Assembly (NCBI GenBank): GCA_963762565.1
Contig: CAVXLD010000010.1
Location: 352,001-416,000, forward strand
DNA: 64,000 nucleotides
Origin: an uncultured Verrucomicrobiae bacterium
Lineage (GTDB): Bacteria; Verrucomicrobiota; Verrucomicrobiia; Chthoniobacterales; JAFAMB01
Reading direction: 5' to 3'
Position 1 is the first letter of the stretch; each line of letters begins with the position of its first letter. The notes beneath the pieces are model-generated. The model saw only the letters and a program-made list of their open reading frames with translations. It had not been told where the DNA came from and did not search any database. Shown one piece after another: positions 27,597-37,750 of the stretch. Both the position numbers and the translations under genes were made by a program.

Positions 27597-29069
27597 CTAT
27601 TCAATCCCCCATACCCGCAATTTCTGGCTTACCCGCTCCCGAGTCTCCTCATCCATACGGACTAACGTAGGCCAACCGCGATGATAACCTTCCCCCGGCA
27701 ATTTACGCGTCGCATCAAATCCCATGTGTGAACCGATATTGGGAAGAGTCGGCGCGTGATCAAGACTATCGGACGGATTCTTGATAAAGGTGGTGTCGCG
27801 CTGGGGGTCAGTGTTGGCGCAGAGCCGGAACAGGACTTCGCTCGTGTTATGGACGTCACAGTCGTCGTCTAACACGACGATGTACTTGGAAAACATCATT
27901 TGGCCCATCCCCCAGAGCCCATGCATCACTTTGTACGCCTGGTAAGGATATTGTTTCCGGATGCTGACAAAAACCAGGTTATGAAAAACGCCTTCCGCCG
28001 GCAAAGCCATGTCCACGATCTCTGGGAAATTCAATTTGAAGACCGGAAGAAAAACGCGGACGCTGGCGTCCCCCAAATAAAAGTCTTCCATTGGGGGTAT
28101 CCCCACGATCGTGGCAGGATAAACAGCATCCTTTCGGTGCGTGATCGCAGTAACATGGAAGACCGGGTAAGGATCGATCGCTGTATAAAAACCGGTGTGA
28201 TCGCCAAACGGACCCTCGTCCCGAAGTTCGCCTGGCTGGACATAGCCTTCGATCACGAAATCAACGTCGGCAGGAACCCTAAGATCGTTGGTCTCGCATT
28301 TGACTAAGTTCACCGATTTTTTCCGGGCGAAACCGGCAAACAGAACTTCATCTAAACCGTCGGGAAGCGGAGCGGTAGCCGCAAACGTGTAGGCCGGGTC
28401 TCCCCCAAGGCAGACCGCGACCGGCATTGGCTCATTACGTTCGTAATAACGTTTCCCATGGCGGGCGCCCACCTTGTGAACCTGCCAATGCATCCCGGTC
28501 GTTGCCTTGTCGAAGATCTGCATCCGGTACATACCCACATTGCGCTGCCCGTTATCAGGATCTTCGGTGTAGACATTCGGAAGCGTGATAAAGCGCCCAC
28601 CGTCATTGGGCCAACAGCGCAGCACCGGCAGATCTTCCAGCGAAAACTCCGAGCCGGCCAGACGATGGATCACCTCTTTGCAGGGACCGGAAGACACCCT
28701 ACGCGGCCGAGCGTGCAACAAATCAACCCCTTGCCGAAGGAGCCCCCACCCTTCCTGCAAGGAGTTAGGCGGCTTAGCCTTCAGAATTGCCTGCATCTGA
28801 TGGGCAAGCTCGTCCACCGAAGATATCCCAAGCGCCAAGGACATTCTCTTTTCCGATCCCATCGCGTTGATGGCGACAGGAAACTGCGAGACCCGACCGT
28901 CGATAGTCGGTTGCTCGAAAAGCAGCGCCTTGCCGCCGCCCTTCTTTTTCATTTGGCGATCCGCTATCTCAGTGATCTCAAGCTCAGTGGCGACAGGCTG
29001 GGTGATCCGGAGTAGTTCTCCGGCTTGATCGAGCCTTTTTATGAACGCGGCGAAGGAATCGTAAGACAT
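27597..29069 (-). CDS. ubiD: UbiD-family prFMN-dependent decarboxylase (menaquinone biosynthesis decarboxylase-like)
   Basis: ELEITEIADR, WP.DGGRFIT, NVGMYRMQ, EGPFGDHTGFY, PPMED. Confidence 0.88.
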   Translation of the reverse strand: MSYDSFAAFIKRLDQAGELLRITQPVATELEITEIADRQMKKKGGGKALLFEQPTIDGRVSQFPVAINAMGSEKRMSLALGISSVDELAHQMQAILKAKPPNSLQEGWGLLRQGVDLLHARPRRVSSGPCKEVIHRLAGSEFSLEDLPVLRCWPNDGGRFITLPNVYTEDPDNGQRNVGMYRMQIFDKATTGMHWQVHKVGARHGKRYYERNEPMPVAVCLGGDPAYTFAATAPLPDGLDEVLFAGFARKKSVNLVKCETNDLRVPADVDFVIEGYVQPGELRDEGPFGDHTGFYTAIDPYPVFHVTAITHRKDAVYPATIVGIPPMEDFYLGDASVRVFLPVFKLNFPEIVDMALPAEGVFHNLVFVSIRKQYPYQAYKVMHGLWGMGQMMFSKYIVVLDDDCDVHNTSEVLFRLCANTDPQRDTTFIKNPSDSLDHAPTLPNIGSHMGFDATRKLPGEGYHRGWPTLVRMDEETRERVSQKLRVWGIE

Positions 29070-29080
29070 GAGGCCAGAGG

Positions 29081-29174
29081 AATGACAAATGACAGATTAC
29101 AAATGACAAATAGCCGAGTCACACTTGGAATTTCTCCCTTCCCAATTTGTCGTCTGTCATTTGTCATCTGTCAT
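29081..29174. repeat. Inverted pair of (AATGACA) heptamer arrays
   Basis: 29081-29111 / 29145-29174. Confidence 0.85.
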
Positions 29175-29185
29175 CTTCGACTTGG

Positions 29186-29653
29186 CTATCGGTTATCCCG
29201 AATGTATTCCCAGCCGGTACAGCGGCTCCCTTCGAAAAACGCAGTCTTATACGGCACCTCAATCGAGATGAAATTTTCCGGGTAGTCATAAGGGTACAGT
29301 CCCCAGAACGGATAGTGCCAATACCCAGAGTAGTTGTAGAACCCGAAACGGTAGAACGTGGGATAGAAATAATCGCCGACAAAGATGGTCTTAAGCGTGG
29401 TGTAGACCCAAGCCTCATAAGGATGACCGTTTCTGGAACCGTAGCGAAGTTGGGCGGGTGCGCCCCAAGCGATGTAGATTGCTTGCTGCGGTAATCCTTC
29501 TCGGATCATTCCCGACTTAACCATCGCCTGGTCCTGAGGCGATAAGGACGAAAAAACGGCCGGCTTTTCCTGAATCCGCGAATCGATCGTAGAACAGGCC
29601 GCGAGGAACAAACAGCCGAAACACCCTAAGGTGAAACCGATTTTGCCGACCAC
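29186..29653 (-). CDS. Hypothetical lipoprotein
   Basis: Lipobox FLAAC; IREG..QQAIYIAWGAP; Tyr/Pro-rich segment. Confidence 0.75.
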   Translation of the reverse strand: MVGKIGFTLGCFGCLFLAACSTIDSRIQEKPAVFSSLSPQDQAMVKSGMIREGLPQQAIYIAWGAPAQLRYGSRNGHPYEAWVYTTLKTIFVGDYFYPTFYRFGFYNYSGYWHYPFWGLYPYDYPENFISIEVPYKTAFFEGSRCTGWEYIRDNR

Positions 29654-29661
29654 GGTTACCT

Positions 29662-29782
29662 AGTCGCCTTAGGCTCCTAGGATAGCAAATAGCAGATAGC
29701 AGATAGCAAATAACCGATCCGCCCCGCGTTGGGCAGTCTCCGCGCCCTTTGCTATCTGCTATCCCAGGAGCCTAAGGCGACT
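29662..29782. repeat. Inverted pair of (GATAGCA) heptamer arrays with a unique cap
   Basis: 35-bp IR with 3 mismatches (29662-29696 / 29748-29782); cap AGTCGCCTTAGGCTCCT. Confidence 0.88.
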
Positions 29783-29786
29783 GGAG

Positions 29787-29815
29787 TTGCGCCCGTATTC
29801 CGCTCAGCGTAGGCT
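29787..29815 (+). promoter_or_regulatory. Candidate sigma70 promoter of moaA
   Basis: TTGCGC-N17-TAGGCT, 10 nt before ATG 29826. Confidence 0.4.
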
Positions 29816-29825
29816 CTTACGCACA

Positions 29826-30827
29826 ATGCAGGACCGGTTTGGCCATCGGATCAGTTATCTACGTATTTCCATTACTGATCGTTGCAACGAGCGATGCCTT
29901 TATTGCATGCCTCGGGAGCTACAGGAATGGCTACCCCACAACGAGATCCTCACCTATGACGAGATGACGCGGCTGGTGCAAGTCGCCGCCAGTCTTGGGG
30001 TCACCAAAATCAGGGTCACCGGCGGTGAACCTTTGACCAGAAGAAACGTGTTGGAATTCTTCCGCCGCTTGAGCCTCATCGAATCGGTCGCCGATATTGG
30101 CATTTCCACGAACGGCACCTTGCTGGCCAAACAGGTCGAAACCGGTTCTACCGTCGCGGAAAGCTTAGCTCGCTTGCGGGTCAAGCATCTAAACGTTTCC
30201 CTCGATACATTAGACCAGGAAACCTATGCACTCATCACCGGCCGGGACGCTCTGCCCGAGACACTGCAAGGGCTCGAAGCCGGCAAACGCGCAGGATTCA
30301 TTCAAATCCGCCTTAATAGCGTCCTGATCCGTGGCAAGAATGAAGAAGGACTCGGCGATTTGGTGCGATTCGCCCGTAAAGAGGGTTTCCTCCTCCGCTT
30401 CATCGAGCTGATGCCGGTCACCACGTCTGAGGTTCTTTCGGACGAGAATTTCTTTCCGGTCGCTCAAGCCAGAAAAAACATCGAGGCCGAGTTTGGTCCG
30501 TTGATTCCTGAGCCCGGCTTTCAGACTAACGGTCCCGCTCTCTATTATCGATTCGAAAACCACCCTCAACGGATCGGTTTTATCGGGGCGATGACCAACC
30601 TGCATTTCTGTGAAACTTGCAACAAGCTTCGCCTGACTTGCGACGGAAAACTGCGGCCCTGCCTTGGCAGCCATCTAGAATTTGATATTAAGAAACCGTT
30701 ACGAGCCGGCGCTTCCGACGAGGAACTCCGCCGGTTGTTCCTTGAAGTCGTCGACCGCAAGCCGGAGCAACACGATTTCCGCCTCAACTATCAGCCGGGT
30801 CGTAAGATGGTCGCAATCGGAGGATGA
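29826..30827 (+). CDS. moaA: GTP 3',8-cyclase
   Basis: YLRISITDRCNERCLYCMP, TGGEP, FCETCNKLRLT.DGKLRPCL, C-terminal IGG. Confidence 0.96.
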   Translation: MQDRFGHRISYLRISITDRCNERCLYCMPRELQEWLPHNEILTYDEMTRLVQVAASLGVTKIRVTGGEPLTRRNVLEFFRRLSLIESVADIGISTNGTLLAKQVETGSTVAESLARLRVKHLNVSLDTLDQETYALITGRDALPETLQGLEAGKRAGFIQIRLNSVLIRGKNEEGLGDLVRFARKEGFLLRFIELMPVTTSEVLSDENFFPVAQARKNIEAEFGPLIPEPGFQTNGPALYYRFENHPQRIGFIGAMTNLHFCETCNKLRLTCDGKLRPCLGSHLEFDIKKPLRAGASDEELRRLFLEVVDRKPEQHDFRLNYQPGRKMVAIGG

Positions 30828-31279
30828 GCTCCGAGTTTACACACATTGGGCCTGCCGGAACGGTGCGGATGGTGGACATTTCCCAAAAGCCGGTTTCTCG
30901 CCGGACTGCGGTCGCCAGAGGTCGCATCCGCCTCCAGCCAAGCACGGTCCAGAAAATCAACGAATTGACCATTGCAAAAGGAAACGTTTTGGCGGTTGCA
31001 CAGGTCGCCGCTGTGAACGCAGTGAAACGCACTGACGAATTGATCCCACTCTGTCACTCCCTACCCGTCCAGCACGTAGAGGTGACTTTTCAGGAAAATA
31101 CGGAAGGCTTCGAAGTTCAGTGCGCGGTGACCACCGTCGCGCAGACCGGCGTCGAAATGGAGGCATTGACCGGCGTTGCGATTGCCGCCCTTACCATTTA
31201 CGACATGTGTAAAGCGGTGGACAAAACAATGGAGATTTCAGAGGTACGGCTCATTTCGAAGAAAAAAGAAAGCCTATGA
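30824..31279 (+). CDS. moaC: Cyclic pyranopterin monophosphate synthase
   Basis: MVDIS.K, LIPLCH, TGVEMEALT, TIYDMCKAVDK. Confidence 0.96.
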   Translation: MSSEFTHIGPAGTVRMVDISQKPVSRRTAVARGRIRLQPSTVQKINELTIAKGNVLAVAQVAAVNAVKRTDELIPLCHSLPVQHVEVTFQENTEGFEVQCAVTTVAQTGVEMEALTGVAIAALTIYDMCKAVDKTMEISEVRLISKKKESL

Positions 31280-31761
31280 ACAGCATAACGGTCGGCATTA
31301 TCACCATTTCCGATCGCGCCGCCGAAGGCGTCTATGAAGATCTGGGCGGACCAGCCTTGGTCAAAAAGTGCCGCGAACTAGGCTGGGAAATCCAATCTGA
31401 AGCCATCGTTCCGGATGAGGTAGAGCGCATTCAAACCACAATTCGAAGCTTCTCCACGCAGGGTTGCCAGCTTATCCTCACGACCGGCGGTACCGGCATC
31501 GCAGTTCGTGACCGTACTCCAGAGGCGATCCGGGCGATCATGCGCCTGGAAATACCTGGGTTCGGGGAAGCGATGCGAGCCGCCTCCTTTCAATTGACCC
31601 CAAACGGGATCTTGTCCCGCGGGCTAGCCGCCGTGGTCGATTCTTCGCTGGTTATCGCGCTTCCCGGCAAACCTCAGGGCGCAGTCGATTGTCTGGCCAT
31701 CGTTGCAGGCGCGATTCCGCATGCAGTCAAACTAAGCCAGGGGGTGCCGACCTCCTGCTAA
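31276..31761 (+). CDS. mog: Molybdopterin adenylyltransferase Mog/MoaB
   Basis: ITISDR...YEDLGGP, LTTGGTG...RD.TPEA, PGFGEAMR, LPGKP. Confidence 0.9.
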   Translation: MNSITVGIITISDRAAEGVYEDLGGPALVKKCRELGWEIQSEAIVPDEVERIQTTIRSFSTQGCQLILTTGGTGIAVRDRTPEAIRAIMRLEIPGFGEAMRAASFQLTPNGILSRGLAAVVDSSLVIALPGKPQGAVDCLAIVAGAIPHAVKLSQGVPTSC

Positions 31762-31768
31762 GGGGGAA

Positions 31769-31900
31769 ATCGTGCTCGTCCTCGTCCTCGAAGAGGCGAC
31801 ACCAGGGGAGATCGCGCGGATAGGACTTGTGGGACGGATAGGACTTATATGTGCTCATCATTAGTCCTATCGGCCCCATAGGTCGTATAGGTCGTATCCC
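31769..31900. repeat. Composite of a 6-mer array and a 9-mer hairpin (same families as 7490-7599, inverted)
   Basis: AATCGTGCTCGTCCTCGTCCTCG then GGATAGGAC... / ...GTCCTATC, CATAGGTCG units. Confidence 0.75.
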
Positions 31901-31957
31901 TACCACCCGGACACGCCTTCCATTTCGCCTGGTTCCTCTAGCACTAGAGCATCCCCC

Positions 31958-32812
31958 TTATCGCGCCATCCATAACGCCACGGCCGGGAGACAGAAGAAA
32001 AGGTCGGCCACAAAACTCAGCGTCATCGGCTCAACGCGTGAAAAAAGGGCCACCAAAATCGACCCGCCCCCGATCAAAAGGCTGCACGGCAGAAGCACGT
32101 TAGCAGCTCCTCCCAACCCCAGTAGAGGAGTCATAAAAGTCGCCAGCAGCGCGAGGGCTCCAATAAGAATGGCGCTCCGATTTGCACCCAGCAACACCGG
32201 TAACGTCCTAGTGCGGCTTCGCACATCCCCTTCAATATCGCGAAGATCAAAACTGATGCTGTTAACGCTTAAAATGATGAAGCACCACAAAAAGACCAGC
32301 ATCTCTCTTGGCCCTAAGCTTCGTCTGAGCTCGAGCACGGGCCACAAGACTAGAACCGCGGCGATAATCAGCGGGGCAATAAAGGTTTTTAAGACAGGGA
32401 GATCTTTCAACCGTCTTCGAACCAAGGGGATTGGCCGGGAGTAGAATTGTAGTGCCACAATCGCAAGTGCGATTGGAGGAATAAGCCACCAGCGGCCAGT
32501 AACTGCCGGCCAACCCACCAGTGTTGCGCCACTGAGCCAGATTAAGAAGAACCGTTTCGACCGCAGCGATTCCCGATACCGAAAACGGATCGGAGTATTC
32601 ACCTGATCAGCGGGATCGTAGTGGAGTCTATCAAAATTATACACCAACAAATAACCGCCTAACCAAAGCGGAGCGGAACGCAGCCAAGGACTACCGGTCA
32701 AGTGACAAACGACCCATCCTAGACACGTAACAGAAACTCCTCCAACCACTTCCAACAAATACACTTGTCTCAAAAACGTGAGTACATTCTGCACTGATTT
32801 ACTCAGTCCCAA
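31958..32812 (-). CDS. UbiA prenyltransferase family membrane protein
   Basis: Asp-rich motifs YNFDRL...DQVN and FDLRDIEGD..TRTLP; multiple TM segments. Confidence 0.75.
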   Translation of the reverse strand: MGLSKSVQNVLTFLRQVYLLEVVGGVSVTCLGWVVCHLTGSPWLRSAPLWLGGYLLVYNFDRLHYDPADQVNTPIRFRYRESLRSKRFFLIWLSGATLVGWPAVTGRWWLIPPIALAIVALQFYSRPIPLVRRRLKDLPVLKTFIAPLIIAAVLVLWPVLELRRSLGPREMLVFLWCFIILSVNSISFDLRDIEGDVRSRTRTLPVLLGANRSAILIGALALLATFMTPLLGLGGAANVLLPCSLLIGGGSILVALFSRVEPMTLSFVADLFFCLPAVALWMAR

Positions 32813-33037
32813 CCAAAAATTTGTTCTCTTCCCTCACTTTTTTCCTTGTCAGATTGTTTCCTTGACGATCTGTTCCGCCCTACCTAGATACAGGCAAGCC
32901 ATCATAAATTTGATTCTGGATTTAACTAGATACTGTGGCTCACCTACACTCGTGAAGACTGGCCCTAACAACAAGGGAGTGCTTAACCGGTTGGAACGTT
33001 GGTGTAACCACAAGCAAGAATAGAAGGTCGACTTTTA

Positions 33038-34072
33038 ATGTTTAACGGTGTTTTCGGGTTATTTTCGAACGATATCGGCATAGATCTCGGAACGGCTAAT
33101 ACGCTCGTATACGTCAAGGACCAGGGTATCGTCCTGCGCGAACCGTCAGTCGTTGCTGTACGGGCCGGAAGCAGCCACGTCCTTGCCGTCGGCGATGAAG
33201 CCAAGCGGATGTTGGGACGTACGCCAGGTAATATCGTAGCGGTACGGCCGTTGAAAGATGGTGTAATCGCCGACTTCGAGATGACGGAGGCGATGCTGAG
33301 GCATTTTATTACTAAGGTTCACAGCAGCAAATGGGTCCGGCCCAGGGTCGTCATCGCGGTGCCCTCGGGAATCACCGAAGTGGAGAAACGCGCCGTCAAA
33401 GAATCAGCCGCGCACGCCGGGGCCAGGGAAGTATATCTGATAGAAGAACCTATGGCAGCCGCTATCGGCGTAGGCTTACCTGTTCAAGACGCCGCCGGAA
33501 ATATGATTATCGATATCGGAGGCGGCACCACGGAGGTGGCCCTGATTTCTCTGTCCGGAATCGTATTCAGCCGCAGCGTCCGGGTCGCAGGCGATGAACT
33601 CGATGAGGCCGTGGCCGGCTATATGAAACGGGCCTACAACCTGATGATCGGCGAGCGGACTGCGGAAGAGATCAAGATCAAGATCGGCAGTGCGTATCCC
33701 ATGGACAAAGAAACCAGCATGGAGGTCAAGGGGCGAGACCTGGTTGCCGGCCTGCCGAAGACTTTGACGATTACTTCGCAAGAAGTTCGCGAGGCATTAC
33801 TGGAACCGATTTCTACCATCGTGGAATCCGTTCGCGTGACTCTAGAACGTTGCCCGCCGGAGCTATCGGCCGACCTGGTCGATCGGGGCTTGGTTCTAGC
33901 CGGCGGGGGCGCGCTGCTCCGAGGACTAGACAAGCTGCTCCAGGAGGAAACCGGGCTTCCCGTCCATGTCGCGGAGGATCCCCTCAGCGCCGTCGCTGAG
34001 GGAACAGGTCGAGCCCTGAGCGAGATTAAATTCCTCCGGCAAGTTGCGTCATCCGACAAGCCGATCCGTTGA
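33038..34072 (+). CDS. mreB: Rod shape-determining actin homolog MreB
   Basis: [39 protein letters not shown]. Confidence 0.97.
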   Translation: MFNGVFGLFSNDIGIDLGTANTLVYVKDQGIVLREPSVVAVRAGSSHVLAVGDEAKRMLGRTPGNIVAVRPLKDGVIADFEMTEAMLRHFITKVHSSKWVRPRVVIAVPSGITEVEKRAVKESAAHAGAREVYLIEEPMAAAIGVGLPVQDAAGNMIIDIGGGTTEVALISLSGIVFSRSVRVAGDELDEAVAGYMKRAYNLMIGERTAEEIKIKIGSAYPMDKETSMEVKGRDLVAGLPKTLTITSQEVREALLEPISTIVESVRVTLERCPPELSADLVDRGLVLAGGGALLRGLDKLLQEETGLPVHVAEDPLSAVAEGTGRALSEIKFLRQVASSDKPIR

Positions 34073-34092
34073 CCCCCCAGCAAGCCACTTTC

Positions 34093-34896
34093 ATGAGGGG
34101 CACATCAATCGCAGCGTTGATCACGTTTGTGGTTCTGGTCGCTTTTGTCCTGCTTATGCCAGCCGGCTGCAAACAACAATGGCAAGCGGCATTTCTAAAT
34201 ACAGTGGCCCCGGTCTTCCATGCCACTTCTGCCGTCACTCAAGGCCTAGGCGGCGTCAGCGGAGGGTTCAAAAAGCTGGATGAACTCGAAAAGGAAAACC
34301 GTGATCTCCGGACAGAAAACGCCGAACTAAGGACCTCAAACTCCCTCCTGAAAAACTTAGAGTCCGAGGTGAACCGGCTGAATCGGGCCCTCGGTTATCG
34401 GGAACGCTCTCCGTTCAATCTCTTGCCCGCGCGAGTCATCAATAGAGAGAACGCAGCCTGGTGGAACACTTGCACCATCGACCGTGGCTCCGCGGACGGC
34501 GTGGCGATCGACATGGCGGTCGTGACCGAGGCTGGGTTGGTCGGGAAGATCGTGAACGTGTCCAAGAACGCCTCGATCGTCCTTCTCGTTTCGGATGAAG
34601 GGCTTAAAGTTTCAGTGAGTATCGAGGGAACTCAGGAGCAAGGTATCATCAGCGGAACCCGGGCTTCCTCTAATTACGCACCCGATTTGCGTATCGGTTT
34701 TATAAGTAAGACTGCCGAGGTGAAGCCCGGTATGAAAGTGTTTACTTCTGGCACTGGCGGCGTATTCCCTTCCGGGGTGCTGGTTGGCACCGTAAAAGCG
34801 TTCGCCATTAAGGAGCTTGAAGGTGTGGCTACGGTCGAGCCGGCAGTCGATTTAACTCACTTCGAAGACGTTTTTGTAATCACCGGGACACGATGA
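34093..34896 (+). CDS. mreC: Rod shape-determining protein MreC
   Basis: TM plus coiled coil, IDRGSADG, GLVGK, TSGTGGVFPSG; synteny. Confidence 0.93.
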   Translation: MRGTSIAALITFVVLVAFVLLMPAGCKQQWQAAFLNTVAPVFHATSAVTQGLGGVSGGFKKLDELEKENRDLRTENAELRTSNSLLKNLESEVNRLNRALGYRERSPFNLLPARVINRENAAWWNTCTIDRGSADGVAIDMAVVTEAGLVGKIVNVSKNASIVLLVSDEGLKVSVSIEGTQEQGIISGTRASSNYAPDLRIGFISKTAEVKPGMKVFTSGTGGVFPSGVLVGTVKAFAIKELEGVATVEPAVDLTHFEDVFVITGTR

Positions 34897-35444
34897 TACG
34901 ATTCTCTTTGGTCTTGGTCTTGCTGATCTTCCTAGCGTCCATTCTCCAACGTTACATCCCACCGATCATCTGGCTCAAAGAATCGGCTATTCTGCTCGCT
35001 CCGGCTCTCTTATTCTACGGTTGTTTGACCCTGCCGTTTCCTCACGTGTTGGGTCTGACGTTTTTCACCGGTTTCATCAATGATCTTTTGACCGTCCCAT
35101 TCGCCCCGGAGAGCAACTACTCAATCGGTACCTCGATTCTGCTTTTGCTCGTTCCCGCTCTCATTATGCACGGCTTTAGCTCGACCTTTCTCAGAGGGCG
35201 ATGGTTCACAAATTTGTTGTTGTCCGAACTGGCGGCTGTTTTGACTCCTTTTCTTTTGCTGGGCCAATACGCTATTATAAGCTTTGAAAGACGCGAGTTT
35301 TTCTACAACGACGTAATAATGTGGCGGATTTTGGGTCCTGGAGTGATTGCAATTGTGATTAGCCCGTGTGTATTCCTGGTTCTCGCCTATCTCTCGGATC
35401 TTCTCCGATACGAACCGCAACTTGAGCGAACGAGGCTTGGCTGA
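34893..35444 (+). CDS. mreD: MreD-like membrane protein
   Basis: Hydrophobic 183 aa between mreC and mrdA; assignment rests mainly on synteny. Confidence 0.65.
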   Translation: MIRFSLVLVLLIFLASILQRYIPPIIWLKESAILLAPALLFYGCLTLPFPHVLGLTFFTGFINDLLTVPFAPESNYSIGTSILLLLVPALIMHGFSSTFLRGRWFTNLLLSELAAVLTPFLLLGQYAIISFERREFFYNDVIMWRILGPGVIAIVISPCVFLVLAYLSDLLRYEPQLERTRLG

Positions 35445-35449
35445 CAGTT

Positions 35450-37690
35450 ATGGCGCGCCCTAAACCATTTGCGACTCTCGATTTTCGGATCCTGACCTTA
35501 GCTTCCCTTATCCTACTTGCGCTAATCGTTATCGGCTTTCGCCTCTGGTGGGTCCAGGTTAAACTTTACGCGCATTATAAGGCAAAAATTCAGGGCTCCT
35601 CGGAGGTAAGCGTACGTATTCCCTCCGTCCGCGGCGAAATACGGGATCGGAACGGCGTTGTGTTGGTAACCAACCGCCAAAGTTACGAAGTTGATTTCTA
35701 CCTGCCGGAGCTAGTAAGCGGCTACCGTAAACAATACGGAGCACCGCCGATGGTCGACTACCTTCGCAAGAGCGCCGACGGGATGCTGAGGGAAACCAAA
35801 GAAGAAGATATCGTCCAGATGGTTGATCAGACGATCATTCCCAGACTGGAGCAGCTGAAGGTCGCAGAGCCATATAACTCCCAACGTTTGCGTACTCATT
35901 ATCGCAACAACACGTTGGTCCCTTTTATCTATCGGGAAGATTTAGATTTTTCGACCATCTCTAAGTTTGCCGAAAAAGACCTCGGTCTACCCGGCGTACA
36001 AGTCAACATCCGTCCGGTCCGCAAATACGTCTACAATTCCCTGGCCGCCCAGATCCTTGGCTATGTCGGTGCACCAAAGGACATCAATAAGCTTCCGGAT
36101 ATTAAGGACTTTAACTTTTATCAACCTGACGTTCAGGGGCGGACCAACATCGAATATTTTCTGGACGACGAGCTTCGAGGCAAACCGGGCCGGCGAATTC
36201 TAAAGAAAGACGCCAAAAACCATATCGAGGGTGAGAAAGAGCTGATTCAGCCCACCGCTGGAGCAAATGTCTACCTCACGATTGACGCCCGGATCCAATA
36301 CATCGTCGAACGAACGCTCCGATCCGTCGGCCGGGCTTCGTGTGTCGTTGTCGATCCAAACAACGGCCAGATTCTGGCCATGGCTTCCATTCCGTCGTAC
36401 GATCCTAATAAATTTATCCCCTCGATTTCGGCTCGGGATTGGGCGGCAATTAAAGACGCGGATGCCGATCCCCTGACAAACCGGGCCATTAGCGCTTTTG
36501 CTCCGGGTTCAACTTACAAAATCGCCACCTCGCTGGCAGGACTTACCAGAGGTTTGGCTAAAGCCCAATTTACCTGCACCGGTGGCGTCACCTACGGCAA
36601 CACTTATATGAAATGCTGGATTGCCGATAAGGGAGGCGCGCATGGCACCCAGACCCTTACGGAGGCAATCAAGAACTCATGCAATGCGTTTTTCTATCAG
36701 TACGGGAATGCGGCAGGAATCGATGCAATTGACAAGGTCGGGAGTACGCTCGGCCTCGGCCAGACCTCCGGAGTGGAGTTGAGCGGCGAAGATCCCGGAT
36801 TACTGCCTTCGCCGGAATGGTTGCGAGTGACTAAGAACGAGAAATGGAGCGAAGGCCAGACGGCGAATACCTCGATCGGTCAAGGCTATGTCCTGGCGAG
36901 CCCGCTGCAGATGGCCATGGTCGCTGCCACGGTTGCCAACGGCGGCACCGTCTACCGGCCTAGCCTCATCTACAAAATCCAAGAGGCGGATGGGACCGAG
37001 ATCCGAAAGCCAGAAAAGATTCGGGGCGACCTGAAAAGGGATAATCATCTATCCAAGGAAGACATCGAACTGGTTCGTCGTGGGATGTGGCGGGTGGTAA
37101 ATGACCCGGGCGGGACCGGATCCAGAGCTAAAATTCCCGGCATTGTGGTGGCCGGTAAGACGGGCACAGCTCAGTTCTGGCGCGACGGCCAGAAAGATAA
37201 TCACACCTGGTTCGTCGCGTTCGCGCCCTATGACAATCCTAAGATTGCGCTCGCTGTACTCGTGCAGGGAGCCAAAGCGGGAGGTCAGGTTCCAGCGCCG
37301 ATCGCGGCCAAACTGATCGAGGAAATCTTAGCCTTAGACAAAGGGTATGACCCAGGGGTGAAACCCCTGGATCCGGCTATCGGCAATTTCAAGTTCGTCG
37401 AGACCATTGACTTCAAAGACAACAACATTCCCGCGGAGTTGACAGGTAACGACGAAGAAACTTCCGATACGGAGCCGGCAGCAGAGGAGAGCTCGACCAA
37501 GGTCTCCAAAAGTGAAGGGAACGAACCGGATATCCGCGCAGAAGCGGATGATCATCGGACGGTTAGAGCCACTCCAACACCACAGCCTAGTAAGTCGAAG
37601 AGCTTCTTCGATTTTTTCCGGAGAAAGAGCAACGGGACCCCGCAACCCGGACAAAGCCCGGAAAAGAAGAAGCACTTCTTATTCTTTTAG
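35450..37690 (+). CDS. mrdA: Penicillin-binding protein 2
   Basis: RGEIRDRNG, PGSTYK (SxxK), SCN, KTGT; charged low-complexity tail. Confidence 0.93.
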   Translation: MARPKPFATLDFRILTLASLILLALIVIGFRLWWVQVKLYAHYKAKIQGSSEVSVRIPSVRGEIRDRNGVVLVTNRQSYEVDFYLPELVSGYRKQYGAPPMVDYLRKSADGMLRETKEEDIVQMVDQTIIPRLEQLKVAEPYNSQRLRTHYRNNTLVPFIYREDLDFSTISKFAEKDLGLPGVQVNIRPVRKYVYNSLAAQILGYVGAPKDINKLPDIKDFNFYQPDVQGRTNIEYFLDDELRGKPGRRILKKDAKNHIEGEKELIQPTAGANVYLTIDARIQYIVERTLRSVGRASCVVVDPNNGQILAMASIPSYDPNKFIPSISARDWAAIKDADADPLTNRAISAFAPGSTYKIATSLAGLTRGLAKAQFTCTGGVTYGNTYMKCWIADKGGAHGTQTLTEAIKNSCNAFFYQYGNAAGIDAIDKVGSTLGLGQTSGVELSGEDPGLLPSPEWLRVTKNEKWSEGQTANTSIGQGYVLASPLQMAMVAATVANGGTVYRPSLIYKIQEADGTEIRKPEKIRGDLKRDNHLSKEDIELVRRGMWRVVNDPGGTGSRAKIPGIVVAGKTGTAQFWRDGQKDNHTWFVAFAPYDNPKIALAVLVQGAKAGGQVPAPIAAKLIEEILALDKGYDPGVKPLDPAIGNFKFVETIDFKDNNIPAELTGNDEETSDTEPAAEESSTKVSKSEGNEPDIRAEADDHRTVRATPTPQPSKSKSFFDFFRRKSNGTPQPGQSPEKKKHFLFF

Positions 37691-37692
37691 TT

Positions 37693-37730
37693 AGCGGCCG
37701 TTCGTGCTCAGTTTAACGAGCGGCGCTTTT
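37693..37730 (+). terminator. Possible intrinsic terminator or hairpin after mrdA
   Basis: AGCGGCCGTTCGT / ACGAGCGGCGCT followed by TTT. Confidence 0.35.
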
Positions 37731-37750
37731 AACCATTTTTGTTCCGACCA

